This document shows, piece by piece, positions 39,889-48,483 of a DNA stretch of 64,000 nucleotides (position 1 is its first letter; every line of letters starts with the position of its first letter). The stretch covers positions 41,466-105,465 of the forward strand of contig CAZAJG010000006.1 in the NCBI GenBank assembly GCA_964485405.1, read 5' to 3'. Below the pieces are notes generated by a model. That model was not told the origin of the DNA, did not search any database, and saw only the letters and a list, made by a program, of their open reading frames with translations. The stretch is from an uncultured Owenweeksia sp. (lineage in GTDB: Bacteria; Bacteroidota; Bacteroidia; Flavobacteriales; Schleiferiaceae). The position numbers and the translations under genes are program-made.

Positions 39889-40004
39889 TGCGAATATCGA
39901 AAGACAAGCTTGTTCCTTACCTTTTTACCGTATTAAAAGAATATGAATAGTTACGAACTAGCGATTTACGTATACGAATAGTTTAAAATATGATATTTCC
40001 GTTT

Positions 40005-40730
40005 TTACGGAATTTGAATGATTTGAAAAAGTTCATCCCTGAATCTTTTGCTTAATGGCACCTCCATATCTTGTATAGTTAAACTGTGAGATTTAATACT
40101 ATCCAAATGATTTAGATTGATCATAAAACTTCGGTGCACTCTAAAAAAGTGCTTGGGTAAATAGGTTGAAATGCTGTTAAAACTGCTTCTTAACAAATGG
40201 TTTCCTCCACTTTTTGTATGCACCTCCAGATATACATGGTGACTCTTAAAAAATAGGATTTCGTCTAACTTTACTTTTATAAAAGAACCTTTTTCTTTTA
40301 TAAAGAGTGCGTCATTTACTAAAACCCCTTCATCGTTAGCCGATGCCTTTTTTTGTTGATTGTAGTTGTGTAGAGCTATCTCTATAGAGGTAAACAAATC
40401 ATCCGTATTAAAAGGCTTTACCAAAAAGGAAGATGGATTAACGCTTTTTGCTTTTTCAACTGTTTCCTTGCCTGAGTTTGAGGTAAGAAAGATAAAAGGA
40501 ATGTCGTACTCTTCTCGTATAAATTGGGCGAGGTCTATTCCATTTTTTGATCCTTTGAGTTGAACATCCAAAATCGCAATATCCGGGTCTTCTGATTTTA
40601 AAAGCTTAACGGCCTCTTCATAACTAGAAGCTACCTCTAAAGTCTCATAGCCCAAATCTTCCAGAATATCCGTGATATTCATGGCAATAATTAACTCATC
40701 TTCTACAATGAGCACTTTTACCTTGTTCAT
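40005..40730 (-). CDS. LytTR-family response regulator (REC + LytTR DNA-binding domain)
   Basis: 241-aa ORF. The receiver has the VLIVEDE start and the phospho-acceptor context DIAILDVQL. The C-terminal LytTR pattern is ...FFRVHRSFMINLNHL.... It overlaps the kinase stop by 4 nt. Confidence 0.88.
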   Translation of the reverse strand: MNKVKVLIVEDELIIAMNITDILEDLGYETLEVASSYEEAVKLLKSEDPDIAILDVQLKGSKNGIDLAQFIREEYDIPFIFLTSNSGKETVEKAKSVNPSSFLVKPFNTDDLFTSIEIALHNYNQQKKASANDEGVLVNDALFIKEKGSFIKVKLDEILFFKSHHVYLEVHTKSGGNHLLRSSFNSISTYLPKHFFRVHRSFMINLNHLDSIKSHSLTIQDMEVPLSKRFRDELFQIIQIP

Positions 40731-42874
40731 ACTTCGTTCAGCTTAATCTCTTTTGGAAATGTAATGTGAAATAGAGCGCCTTCATTTCTTTTGTAACCCA
40801 TAGAGCCTTGAATTTGTTTGGTAAGGGTTTTTACCAACCGCAAACCCAAGCTTTTAACCTTACCAACGTCAAGGTCCTCCGGTAGCCCAATGCCATTATC
40901 CGAAACCTCCAATACATATTCACTCTCATTCTGTGGTTTTAGATCCACTCTTATTTCGCCCTTCTCCATTTTTTGAAAGGCATACTTAAAACTGTTGGTT
41001 AAAAGCTCGGTTAGAATTAAACCCAGCGGAATGGCGATATCTAAATTTAAGTGGATGTTTGAAGCTACATTGATTTTTGGGTTAATCTTTTGCCCTATAT
41101 GGTTATTTAATTGCAGGATTTGCTGGAAGAGTTTATGGATGTAATCGTGAATATTAATTTCAGCCATGTTCTCATTTTGATAAAGCATTTCATGAATTAA
41201 AGACATAGCTTGTACTCTATTCTGTCCCTCTTGAATGGCTGCTACCGCAGATTCATCCTGTTTTCCTCTAGATTGTAAATCCAACAAGCTGGAAATGATC
41301 TGCATGTTGTTCTTTACCCGGTGATGTATCTCTTTGAGTAGGGTTTCATTTTCTTCCTTTTGCTTTAAAATCACTTCATTCTGCGCAACGAGCTCTTTAT
41401 TCGTTTTTCTCTTTTGGTTGTAAAAACGATAGAGTATTAATCCTAAAAGAGCGATCAATACAGCTACACTCAAAAGCACATAGATGAGCCTTTGCTGTTT
41501 CTCTCTTTCCAATTCACCGTTAACAAGCTTAATCTCTTTTATCGCTTTATCCTTGCTTAATAGATCTATCTCTAAATCCTTCTTTTCGGCTTGGTATTTC
41601 TCCTCCATCTCCACCATGGCATTTTGCTTCTGCTCGGTAAGTAAAGAGTCGTTAAGCGCCATATATTTAATGGAATAGTCTAAAGCTTTTTCATATTGCC
41701 CTAATTCCTTATAGGCTTTATACAGTACTTCCGTACTTTTCTTTTGCATCAGTAAAAGCGAGTTTTCTTGACAGATCTCCTCCGTCTCTTTGCTTAATGC
41801 AGCGGCTTTTGTTAAATGCTCTACCCGATTGGTTTTTACATCGGTTCCCCAATTGAGGTATAAAACGGACAAATTGCTTTTCACAAAAACCAACATCCGG
41901 GGCGGACCCGTTTTCGGAAATTTTTCTTCTGCTGCCAAAAGCATTTTTTCTGCTTCTTCAAACTCATCCTTCTTAAGATGAATTAAACCCAATACTTGAT
42001 AGGCATTAACAATAGTGGGTATATGGTTATACTTTTCGGCAGTTTCTACAGCCTGTTCCAAATAGAGTCGAGCTTCTTCATACTTTCCTAAACCATAAAA
42101 GCCACCACCAATAGCATAACTTCTGCGAAGCATGTTTATGGTGTCTTTTAGTTCTTTGTAAATAGCCAAGCCTTGGTTGTAATGAAACATGGCTTTTTCG
42201 TAATCCTTAATCTCAAAATAGATGAGGCCCAGGTTATCATGCGTTCGTGCAATTCCACTTTGGTGCCCTAATCTCTCTTTAATTTTTAAGCTTTTCAGCT
42301 CATATTCCAATGCCTTGTCAAAGCTTCCGGTATATTGATAGGCTAATCCTAAATTGTTAAAGATTAAAGCTTGAATGCTGTCTTGGATTTCAACTTTGCT
42401 CTCGTATTTTAGTACGTCTACATAAGCTTCAATCGCCTCCTTATTTTTAGAGAGCATGGAGTAGGCATCCGCACGGTGAAGTTGAGTTGTAAATGTTTCT
42501 TGATCCTCTCCTAAGCTTGAGAAAATTTCTTTAGCCTCATTCAAATAGGCCATTCCGCTATCTAAATACTCTTTCGTACACAAGAGCCAACCAATTTGTC
42601 TTTTGGCTTGAGCCGATTGAAGTTTCCAGTTTTTTTTCTCCGCCAGAGTTTCTGCAGATAGGGCAAAATAAACTGCCGTATCCATGTTTTCTTCTTCCAA
42701 AGCCTCGCTTATTTCAAGCAGTGCTTCAAATCGATTTTTTTCGGATGTTGCGGATTCTATTTTGAGCAATAAAGAATCTAAGTCTTCATTCTGAATTACT
42801 TCAGACGAAAACCCATTAAAACCCATAAATAAAAAAAGCAGTAAGGATGTGATCGTCCGAACCATACTTATCAT
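40727..42874 (-). CDS. sensor histidine kinase: signal peptide, periplasmic TPR repeats, one TM helix, coiled coil, HisKA_2-type phosphoacceptor, HATPase
   Basis: 715-aa ORF. Repeated TPR-like A..Y...L.IkE.lGd units. TM helix LIYVLLSVAVLIALLGLILY. H-box EIHHRVKNNMQIISSLL (HisKA_2/HWE style). ATPase boxes ELLTNSFKYAF and DNGIGLP. Confidence 0.85.
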   Translation of the reverse strand: MISMVRTITSLLLFLFMGFNGFSSEVIQNEDLDSLLLKIESATSEKNRFEALLEISEALEEENMDTAVYFALSAETLAEKKNWKLQSAQAKRQIGWLLCTKEYLDSGMAYLNEAKEIFSSLGEDQETFTTQLHRADAYSMLSKNKEAIEAYVDVLKYESKVEIQDSIQALIFNNLGLAYQYTGSFDKALEYELKSLKIKERLGHQSGIARTHDNLGLIYFEIKDYEKAMFHYNQGLAIYKELKDTINMLRRSYAIGGGFYGLGKYEEARLYLEQAVETAEKYNHIPTIVNAYQVLGLIHLKKDEFEEAEKMLLAAEEKFPKTGPPRMLVFVKSNLSVLYLNWGTDVKTNRVEHLTKAAALSKETEEICQENSLLLMQKKSTEVLYKAYKELGQYEKALDYSIKYMALNDSLLTEQKQNAMVEMEEKYQAEKKDLEIDLLSKDKAIKEIKLVNGELEREKQQRLIYVLLSVAVLIALLGLILYRFYNQKRKTNKELVAQNEVILKQKEENETLLKEIHHRVKNNMQIISSLLDLQSRGKQDESAVAAIQEGQNRVQAMSLIHEMLYQNENMAEINIHDYIHKLFQQILQLNNHIGQKINPKINVASNIHLNLDIAIPLGLILTELLTNSFKYAFQKMEKGEIRVDLKPQNESEYVLEVSDNGIGLPEDLDVGKVKSLGLRLVKTLTKQIQGSMGYKRNEGALFHITFPKEIKLNEV

Positions 42875-43009
42875 TCCCTCTTTTTGCGATTGATTGTGTA
42901 AACCTTGTGATCAAAAATAAGGGATAAAAGCAAAGAGCCAACGATAGAGGTGGCTTAATTTATTTGGGAGCTAAGATATTCTTAGCCTAAACTTACACTA
43001 AATCAAACC

Positions 43010-43555
43010 CTAAAGACTTGAGCTAATAGCGTTTGCAGGCAAACCCCCTCCTGGAAAACCTAAAATCAAGTCATCCGGATAGTTTTCATCTGCCAAGGAT
43101 ACTCCCATCCGCCTTTCATTAGACTCTATCGTCTGTTTCATGGTTTGTATTTGGAAGTTGATTAACTCAGGACTGGGTTGCACTCCAGATGAAGAGCTAA
43201 TTGTTGCGCTTTCTGTTTCTTTAAAATCAAGAGTAGGCGTTTCTGATTTCCAAACCAATACCGCACCAATTAAGAGCACAAGAAAACCTATTGCAAAACG
43301 GTAGTAATTCAACTTATTCTGAATGCTTGCTGTTTGTAAATCCACCGCATTAAAATCAAATGCAGGTGTTTGTATTTCTGTATCTCTTTCTTCTTCTAAA
43401 TCTTTAAAATTGCTCAAAACCATTCTAAAATCTTCATATTCCGTCTCTGTGAGAAATTCAAGCACCTCTTTTCTTTTCGCTTCATTTAATTCAGAAAATG
43501 CATATTCATTGATCCAATCAAAAATATTTTCGGGTAAATCTTCCATATTTTTCAT
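43010..43555 (-). CDS. putative anti-sigma factor (single-pass membrane protein)
   Basis: Preferred start ATG 43555 (MKNMEDLPENIF...) overlaps the sigma-factor stop in an ATGA. One TM helix (FAIGFLVLLIGAVLVW). No HxxxCxxC zinc motif. The call rests on position and topology. Confidence 0.55.
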   Translation of the reverse strand: MKNMEDLPENIFDWINEYAFSELNEAKRKEVLEFLTETEYEDFRMVLSNFKDLEEERDTEIQTPAFDFNAVDLQTASIQNKLNYYRFAIGFLVLLIGAVLVWKSETPTLDFKETESATISSSSGVQPSPELINFQIQTMKQTIESNERRMGVSLADENYPDDLILGFPGGGLPANAISSSL

Positions 43556-44124
43556 AGCACTACTTTTCCTGATTTTATTGTTTCTTTTATTTGTTTCATA
43601 GCATAAAACAGTCGAGATTTTACCGTTCCTTCCCGGCAAGCGCAAATGGCGCTAATCTCTTTAACAGAAAGGTTGTTGGAATATTTTAAAACAAAGACCT
43701 CTCTATGGCTCTCACTTAAAGCATTGAGCGCTTTTTCAATCATCTGTCTTCGCATTGTATGCTCTTCGTTTTGGGTATCTGCTTCATCATTTTCCACAAC
43801 TACCAAACTCTTATATCTGCTTTTCACCTCCTCATGGCGGAGTTCGTTTTTCCACTGGTTTTTGGCTGCGCTAAAGAGCCAAACTTTAAAGTTCCTTGAT
43901 GGATCAAAAGCAGCAGGGTTTTCATAAAAGCGAAGCATGATGGTTTGTGCTATATCTTTTGCTAAATCTAAATCGTTGGCAAGCCAACCTAAGTACTTAC
44001 TCAACGGCTTAAAATAGCGTGCATACAGTTTCTCAAAGCTCTCCCTTTCTCCGCTTTTAATAAATAGCTCCGCGAGCTTTTCATCACTTAAAGTATCCGG
44101 TGTATGTAAAAAAATCTTCTTCAA
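43552..44124 (-). CDS. ECF-type RNA polymerase sigma-70 factor
   Basis: 190-aa ORF. Region 2 (...AKDIAQTIMLRFYEN...) and region 4 HTH (LSESHREVFVLKYSNNLSVKEISAICACREGTVKSRLFYAMKQIK). Confidence 0.88.
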   Translation of the reverse strand: MKKIFLHTPDTLSDEKLAELFIKSGERESFEKLYARYFKPLSKYLGWLANDLDLAKDIAQTIMLRFYENPAAFDPSRNFKVWLFSAAKNQWKNELRHEEVKSRYKSLVVVENDEADTQNEEHTMRRQMIEKALNALSESHREVFVLKYSNNLSVKEISAICACREGTVKSRLFYAMKQIKETIKSGKVVL

Positions 44125-44130
44125 ACTATT

Positions 44131-45294
44131 CTAGTACCAAGAACTTACCTCTTCACTCTTACCAATATCCTCTGCTATTTTACCTAGTAGCTTCTTGTAA
44201 TGATCGGCTTTTTTACTGTCTTGAATCAGTTCATAGTGCTTTATGAGCTTTACCAAACCGGGGATGTAGCTTAGGTTCAAATACTTTTTCACCATCACAT
44301 CATCCGGATGCGTTTGAAAGTTGTTAAAGAGGTATTGTAAATCGTATACCTGCTCAAAATTCCTAATGGTTATCCCTAGGTTGTCTATATCCGATTTGCA
44401 ATACTTAAACGCTGCACCAACCAGATACATGTCCTTATCCAAACCATATTTTTTCAAGAAACTCACTTGTGTTCCGCAACCTAAAAAGCTGATTCGTTTT
44501 GTGCTTTTTATGGTATGAGCAACCATAGCTTCAGTATATTCAGTTGCTGTGCTAAAATCTTCTCTCTTCTTATTCAAGTCTTGTATTTCGAGCTCTTTCA
44601 GCACCCTTTTACGATAATCAGCAATATCTGTTAATAGCCATTTGTTAATCACTAAAACATCCTTCCGCAATCCCTTACCGTATTGGAGCACCCATTTTGG
44701 CATAGCATCTAAATCACCATGGGTAATGAACAGTCCATTTTCATCAGCCGTTTGTAGTTCGTTATAATTCCAGATTAAATTAGAGTTTGAATAATAATTT
44801 CTCTCCAACATTTTTTTGGAAATGGCGGTTGCTTTTTCTTCTTGAAACGTAAGAACATAATGAATCAATAAGCCTTCGTAGGTTTCTGAGCGATTGGGGT
44901 TTACTTTATAGGCTTTTTCAGAGAAATCAGCGGATTTTTGACCCCTACAGTTAAAGCTTTCCATCAAATAGTATTCAAAGCTTTTATCAATATGCTTACG
45001 CGCTTCATCTATGGTGAGTTGGAGTTTTGCATAAACCTCCCCTTGTCTATTCATCCAGCTATCCATATCTATTTTCTGGAGGTATGCCCTTTCTGCTTTG
45101 TATAATTGATACCAAGCGTTGGCATCTTTGGGGTCTTTCTTTGTTTCTAGGCGCCACAATTTTTTTTGCTCCCCGTAGTAGGCTTGTGTTTTATTCTCTT
45201 TCGCAATGCCTAATATCTTTTGCGGTTTCTGAGCCCAAGCTACTGTGGAAAGAAGCATTAAGGCGAGAGAAAAAATAAGATTCCGGTTTTTCAT
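44131..45294 (-). CDS. secreted hypothetical protein, first gene of the ECF operon
   Basis: 387-aa ORF. Signal peptide MKNRNLIFSLALMLLSTVAWAQ. The stop lies 6 nt before the sigma-factor ATG. No motif recognised. Confidence 0.65.
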   Translation of the reverse strand: MKNRNLIFSLALMLLSTVAWAQKPQKILGIAKENKTQAYYGEQKKLWRLETKKDPKDANAWYQLYKAERAYLQKIDMDSWMNRQGEVYAKLQLTIDEARKHIDKSFEYYLMESFNCRGQKSADFSEKAYKVNPNRSETYEGLLIHYVLTFQEEKATAISKKMLERNYYSNSNLIWNYNELQTADENGLFITHGDLDAMPKWVLQYGKGLRKDVLVINKWLLTDIADYRKRVLKELEIQDLNKKREDFSTATEYTEAMVAHTIKSTKRISFLGCGTQVSFLKKYGLDKDMYLVGAAFKYCKSDIDNLGITIRNFEQVYDLQYLFNNFQTHPDDVMVKKYLNLSYIPGLVKLIKHYELIQDSKKADHYKKLLGKIAEDIGKSEEVSSWY

Positions 45295-45352
45295 AATCTG
45301 TTTTCTTGTTGTTTTCGTGGGTAGTACACGCCAAGAATCTAAAGGTTCAATT

Positions 45353-45390
45353 GAGGATAAAAAGAAAAGGTGCCTATAAAAGCACCTTCC
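45353..45390 (-). terminator. intrinsic terminator after the 247-aa gene
   Basis: On the minus strand: AAGGTGC-ttttatag-GCACCTT-TTCTTTTTAT, about 25 nt after stop 45415. Confidence 0.6.
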
Positions 45391-45414
45391 TATTCTTTGA
45401 TTTTTTCCAAAGCT

Positions 45415-46158
45415 CTAGAAACCTAGGAGCTTCTTCACGTCATTTTTCACTTTATCTACTTTGGAGTTTTTTCCCATCTTTTGAACCAACTGCTTTATTA
45501 GCTTTTGTTTTTCTTTTTCAATGGCGGCATTGATCTTATCGCGAGGGATTTCACGAGTAAGCTTCACAGGCACGGGCACTGTTATTTGTTTGTTCTTACT
45601 CATATTCAATTTGAGCCACACCTTACCGGAAACGGTAGCTTCCTTTGCCGTTAAAAGTGCGTTTACCGGAAGGGATAACGGCACTTGTGCAGTCATGGTA
45701 GTCGTTTTATTAGACTCTGCAGGTATAAGGCTATGTTGAAAATGACCGATCTTCATTAAGTACGCATCGTCCAGAAAAAAATCATAAAACATCGAATCCA
45801 ATTCTACCGACTTGGCGTTTGGATTTTGAATCTCCACAAGAGCATCAAAACTGAGCTCTTTTAATTCAAACTTAAACTGCCCTTTACGAATTTGATCCGC
45901 CATTTGAAGCAGGTCTTTAAGCGATGGCTGGTTTACATTGATCTTTTTATCCGAATTGCTAAAATAGATGATGGGAGCGGCCTCAAAAGTTCTGAGTCGC
46001 ACCTCTTTCAATTCATATTTGCACTTGCCCAAAAGCTCTCTCGCTTTAATGGATTCTCTAAGAGAAGAGCAAGAGTTAACCAAGAAAGCCAGCAACACTA
46101 AAACTACTATCCGAGAAACCGAGAAGAAAAGGTTTTGACCATTCAATTTACGAAGCAT
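45415..46158 (-). CDS. lipoprotein with LEA_2/WHy-like (LEA14-type) beta-sandwich repeats
   Basis: 247-aa ORF. Signal plus lipobox-like LVNSC. Two segments resemble the LEA_2 pattern (KYELKEVRLRTF...; FELKELSFDALVEIQNPN...). The family guess is weak. Confidence 0.5.
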   Translation of the reverse strand: MLRKLNGQNLFFSVSRIVVLVLLAFLVNSCSSLRESIKARELLGKCKYELKEVRLRTFEAAPIIYFSNSDKKINVNQPSLKDLLQMADQIRKGQFKFELKELSFDALVEIQNPNAKSVELDSMFYDFFLDDAYLMKIGHFQHSLIPAESNKTTTMTAQVPLSLPVNALLTAKEATVSGKVWLKLNMSKNKQITVPVPVKLTREIPRDKINAAIEKEKQKLIKQLVQKMGKNSKVDKVKNDVKKLLGF

Positions 46159-46398
46159 AATGAGGAAGATTAAAAACGTAAAGTTAATATTTGGCTGTAA
46201 ATGTGCTTCCCACCCCTAAACAGGACTTTACCAAAATCATGGCAGTTTCTACCAGATTCATAAAAAGAGTTACCAGAATCATACTCGCCCCTGCTCAAGC
46301 TTCCGCTTACCCGACCTTTAAACTCAAATAAAGCCATAGATCTTAATAACATATCCGAAACGGTAATATCTATAACACCTAGAGATAGATTGAGATTT

Positions 46399-46432
46399 GC
46401 ACTCAGCTCCAAAAGCTGAGTGCTTTTCTTTA
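46399..46432. terminator. 9-bp GC-containing hairpin next to the stop of the 63-aa gene; its U-tail is on the plus strand
   Basis: GCACTCAGC-tccaaaa-GCTGAGTGC-TTTTCTTT on the plus strand. On the minus strand it starts 6 nt after the TAA of the 63-aa ORF but is followed by AAATCTC. Confidence 0.45.
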
Positions 46433-46621
46433 GGCACCAAAAAAATGCAGAGCTTCATACACCAAAAATGCTGGCCATACAATGGCTTTTAAAAAGCCTA
46501 AAACTCCGGCCCAAAAGCCTAAAGAATTAGAAATAAAATAAATGGCTGCACCAATAAATCCTAAGCCATAAACGGCTCCTGTCGTATTCCCTGAGTTAAC
46601 TGTGATTCTGTTGTTTGTCAT
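46430..46621 (-). CDS. 63-aa two-TM small membrane protein
   Basis: MTNNRITVNSGNTTGAVYGLGFIGAAIYFISNSLGFWAGVLGFLKAIVWPAFLVYEALHFFGA has two clear hydrophobic helices. It lies 94 nt downstream of the ATP-grasp gene with no strong terminator between them. Confidence 0.6.
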   Translation of the reverse strand: MTNNRITVNSGNTTGAVYGLGFIGAAIYFISNSLGFWAGVLGFLKAIVWPAFLVYEALHFFGA

Positions 46622-46715
46622 TTCAAATGCGGATTTTGAGTTTAATGCAAGCTAAACTCAGCTGTGCTTTTTAACAATGACATTCATCAGCTAAAGAACT
46701 GATATCCGAACAGGT

Positions 46716-48002
46716 TTAAGCAACCGAAAAGGACAAGCTCTCCAGCGCTTCTTCATAAGCGTGAGAGAGATCGGATGGGGAATTTGCTCCCAGGTTAACA
46801 ATACCGCAACGGTATCCACCAACAGAGCGCATTTCTCCAGATAGATCTGTTCCTACTTTTCCGAAAATCTTTACGCTCGATTTTGGATAGCGTTCGCAAA
46901 AGGAATTCACCTCTTCCTCATCCGGAACTTCTGTTAGTTTATTTCCGGTAAATGTTCTTAAAACAAAGCTTGTAGAACAGTTAAAACTTCCATTTCCATG
47001 CCCAAAACTTGGTTTCTTGCCTAAAGCCAGGTCTATTAATATCTGGTAGGTACTGTTCCCTTCAACATTCTCATAAAGCTCCGAAAACTGGTACGACAAG
47101 CGCGGATTTACCTCAATAATATGCACACTGTCTTTTACAGGGTTGTAGAACAATTCTACATTAAACTGAGCTTGTTTAAAACCCATGGTTGTAATAAGAT
47201 CTTCCGTGAGCTTAACCATTCTATCTTGAACACTTTGACTCAATTTGGATGGGTATTCAAACCTTGAAAAAACATTGGTATTTGGATACATCACAGAATC
47301 CACTATACCACAACTGTAAAATTTTCCATCGTGCACAAAGCCGTCTAAGGTTACTTGGTCTCCTTCCAATAATTCTTCAGCTACAAAATAATTGGCGTGT
47401 AAATTCACTTCAGAATAAGCCTTTAACAATTGGTTGTAAGGCCGATTTATCATTCTGAAAATAAACCGCTCTAACCAATTAAAGGACATATGTGAACGCA
47501 GTTCTTTTTCGTTGTTTATTTTTTTAGCATATAGAGAAAATGTTCCTTTAACCGGCTTAACGAAAAAGGGGTATTTAAGCTTTGGTGCAAAGTTTTTTGA
47601 CAGTTTTAAAGGGATTAAATCGCAATTTACTGCTGCCTCTGGGAAACTTTCCTTTTGTTTGAGCCTACTCAAATACTTGTGTTGAGAAAGGATCATTGTA
47701 CTAGCATCATTTCCTGGAAGGCCTAGTTCCTGGCTAGCAACTGCAGCTATAATTGCTCCAATATATTCTTCTGAAGAAAGTATAGCGTCCACCTTTTCTC
47801 GCTTTGCTTTTCGCACCACTTTTTTTACAAATTTTTCTGCATTAAAAAATGGCAATTTTAAAGATTGTGAAAGCGTTAGCGGATGCGGGAAATCAAATAG
47901 TTTAGGCCCAAAAAACAAGAACTGATACTGTTGGTTGTACTTACTTTTTGCGAATTCAGCCCGATCCCAGTCGTTAGGAAATAGAACTAATACTTTTTTC
48001 AT
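46716..48002 (-). CDS. ATP-grasp domain enzyme (carboxylate-amine/thiol ligase type), substrate unknown
   Basis: 428-aa ORF with a pre-ATP-grasp N-domain. Central YPFFVKPVKG lysine loop and IIEVNPRLS Mg/ATP motif. Confidence 0.75.
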   Translation of the reverse strand: MKKVLVLFPNDWDRAEFAKSKYNQQYQFLFFGPKLFDFPHPLTLSQSLKLPFFNAEKFVKKVVRKAKREKVDAILSSEEYIGAIIAAVASQELGLPGNDASTMILSQHKYLSRLKQKESFPEAAVNCDLIPLKLSKNFAPKLKYPFFVKPVKGTFSLYAKKINNEKELRSHMSFNWLERFIFRMINRPYNQLLKAYSEVNLHANYFVAEELLEGDQVTLDGFVHDGKFYSCGIVDSVMYPNTNVFSRFEYPSKLSQSVQDRMVKLTEDLITTMGFKQAQFNVELFYNPVKDSVHIIEVNPRLSYQFSELYENVEGNSTYQILIDLALGKKPSFGHGNGSFNCSTSFVLRTFTGNKLTEVPDEEEVNSFCERYPKSSVKIFGKVGTDLSGEMRSVGGYRCGIVNLGANSPSDLSHAYEEALESLSFSVA

Positions 48003-48454
48003 GATATGGTAGAGTTGTTCAAGGTTTCTGTCTTTTTATTTCAAGTATTAGTTGCACGCGAACAAGAGTTGAAATAAATAGTTTCTACGAGTTTTAAATT
48101 TTGACTCCTCAACCTTCTTCTAAGGCGTCAAAACTCCTAATGGGAAAATAATTTAGTGAAATAATCAGCCTATTCATCCGATTAGAAAAAACGCTTCATT
48201 ACTATTCTTGATTTTATACTTATTTAAAAGCTTAAAGATTAGAGCATTGTGTAGTACGCTATTTTATTATTTATATGTAATTAATTGATAATCAAAAAGG
48301 GGTTCTTTTTTAAAAAGCTGATGCGTTCATAACTTTTACGCATTGACAACTCCAAATGCTACAATCTTTTAGTACCTTTTTCCATACCAAAAACCACCTT
48401 TCAGGCAACTTTCTTAGCTTTTGATAGTCAGATTGTTAATGTTATTTCGAGAAA

Positions 48455-48483
48455 AAAGTGAAATTTTAATTATTTCACTTTTA
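48455..48483. promoter_or_regulatory. perfect 11-bp inverted repeat (AAAAGTGAAAT-n7-ATTTCACTTTT) in a 584-bp AT-rich divergent intergenic region
   Basis: Arms at 48455-48465 and 48473-48483, about 105 nt upstream of the response-regulator ATG 48587. The half-site AGTGAAAT recurs at 48155-48162. It could be an operator or an orphan terminator-like hairpin. Confidence 0.35.

Noticed and set aside
39721-39912. 12-bp inverted repeat bracketing 168 bp as a possible MITE
   Set aside because: An 11/12 match within a 400-bp region is expected by chance about 0.2 times. There are no target-site duplications and no second copy in the window. It is kept only as part of the leader-region observation.
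46170-46412. 80-aa minus-strand ORF between the 63-aa gene and the 247-aa gene
   Set aside because: Its TTG start lies inside the terminator-like hairpin. It has no signal or motif, and its composition is unremarkable. It is more likely the promoter/leader region of the 247-aa gene.
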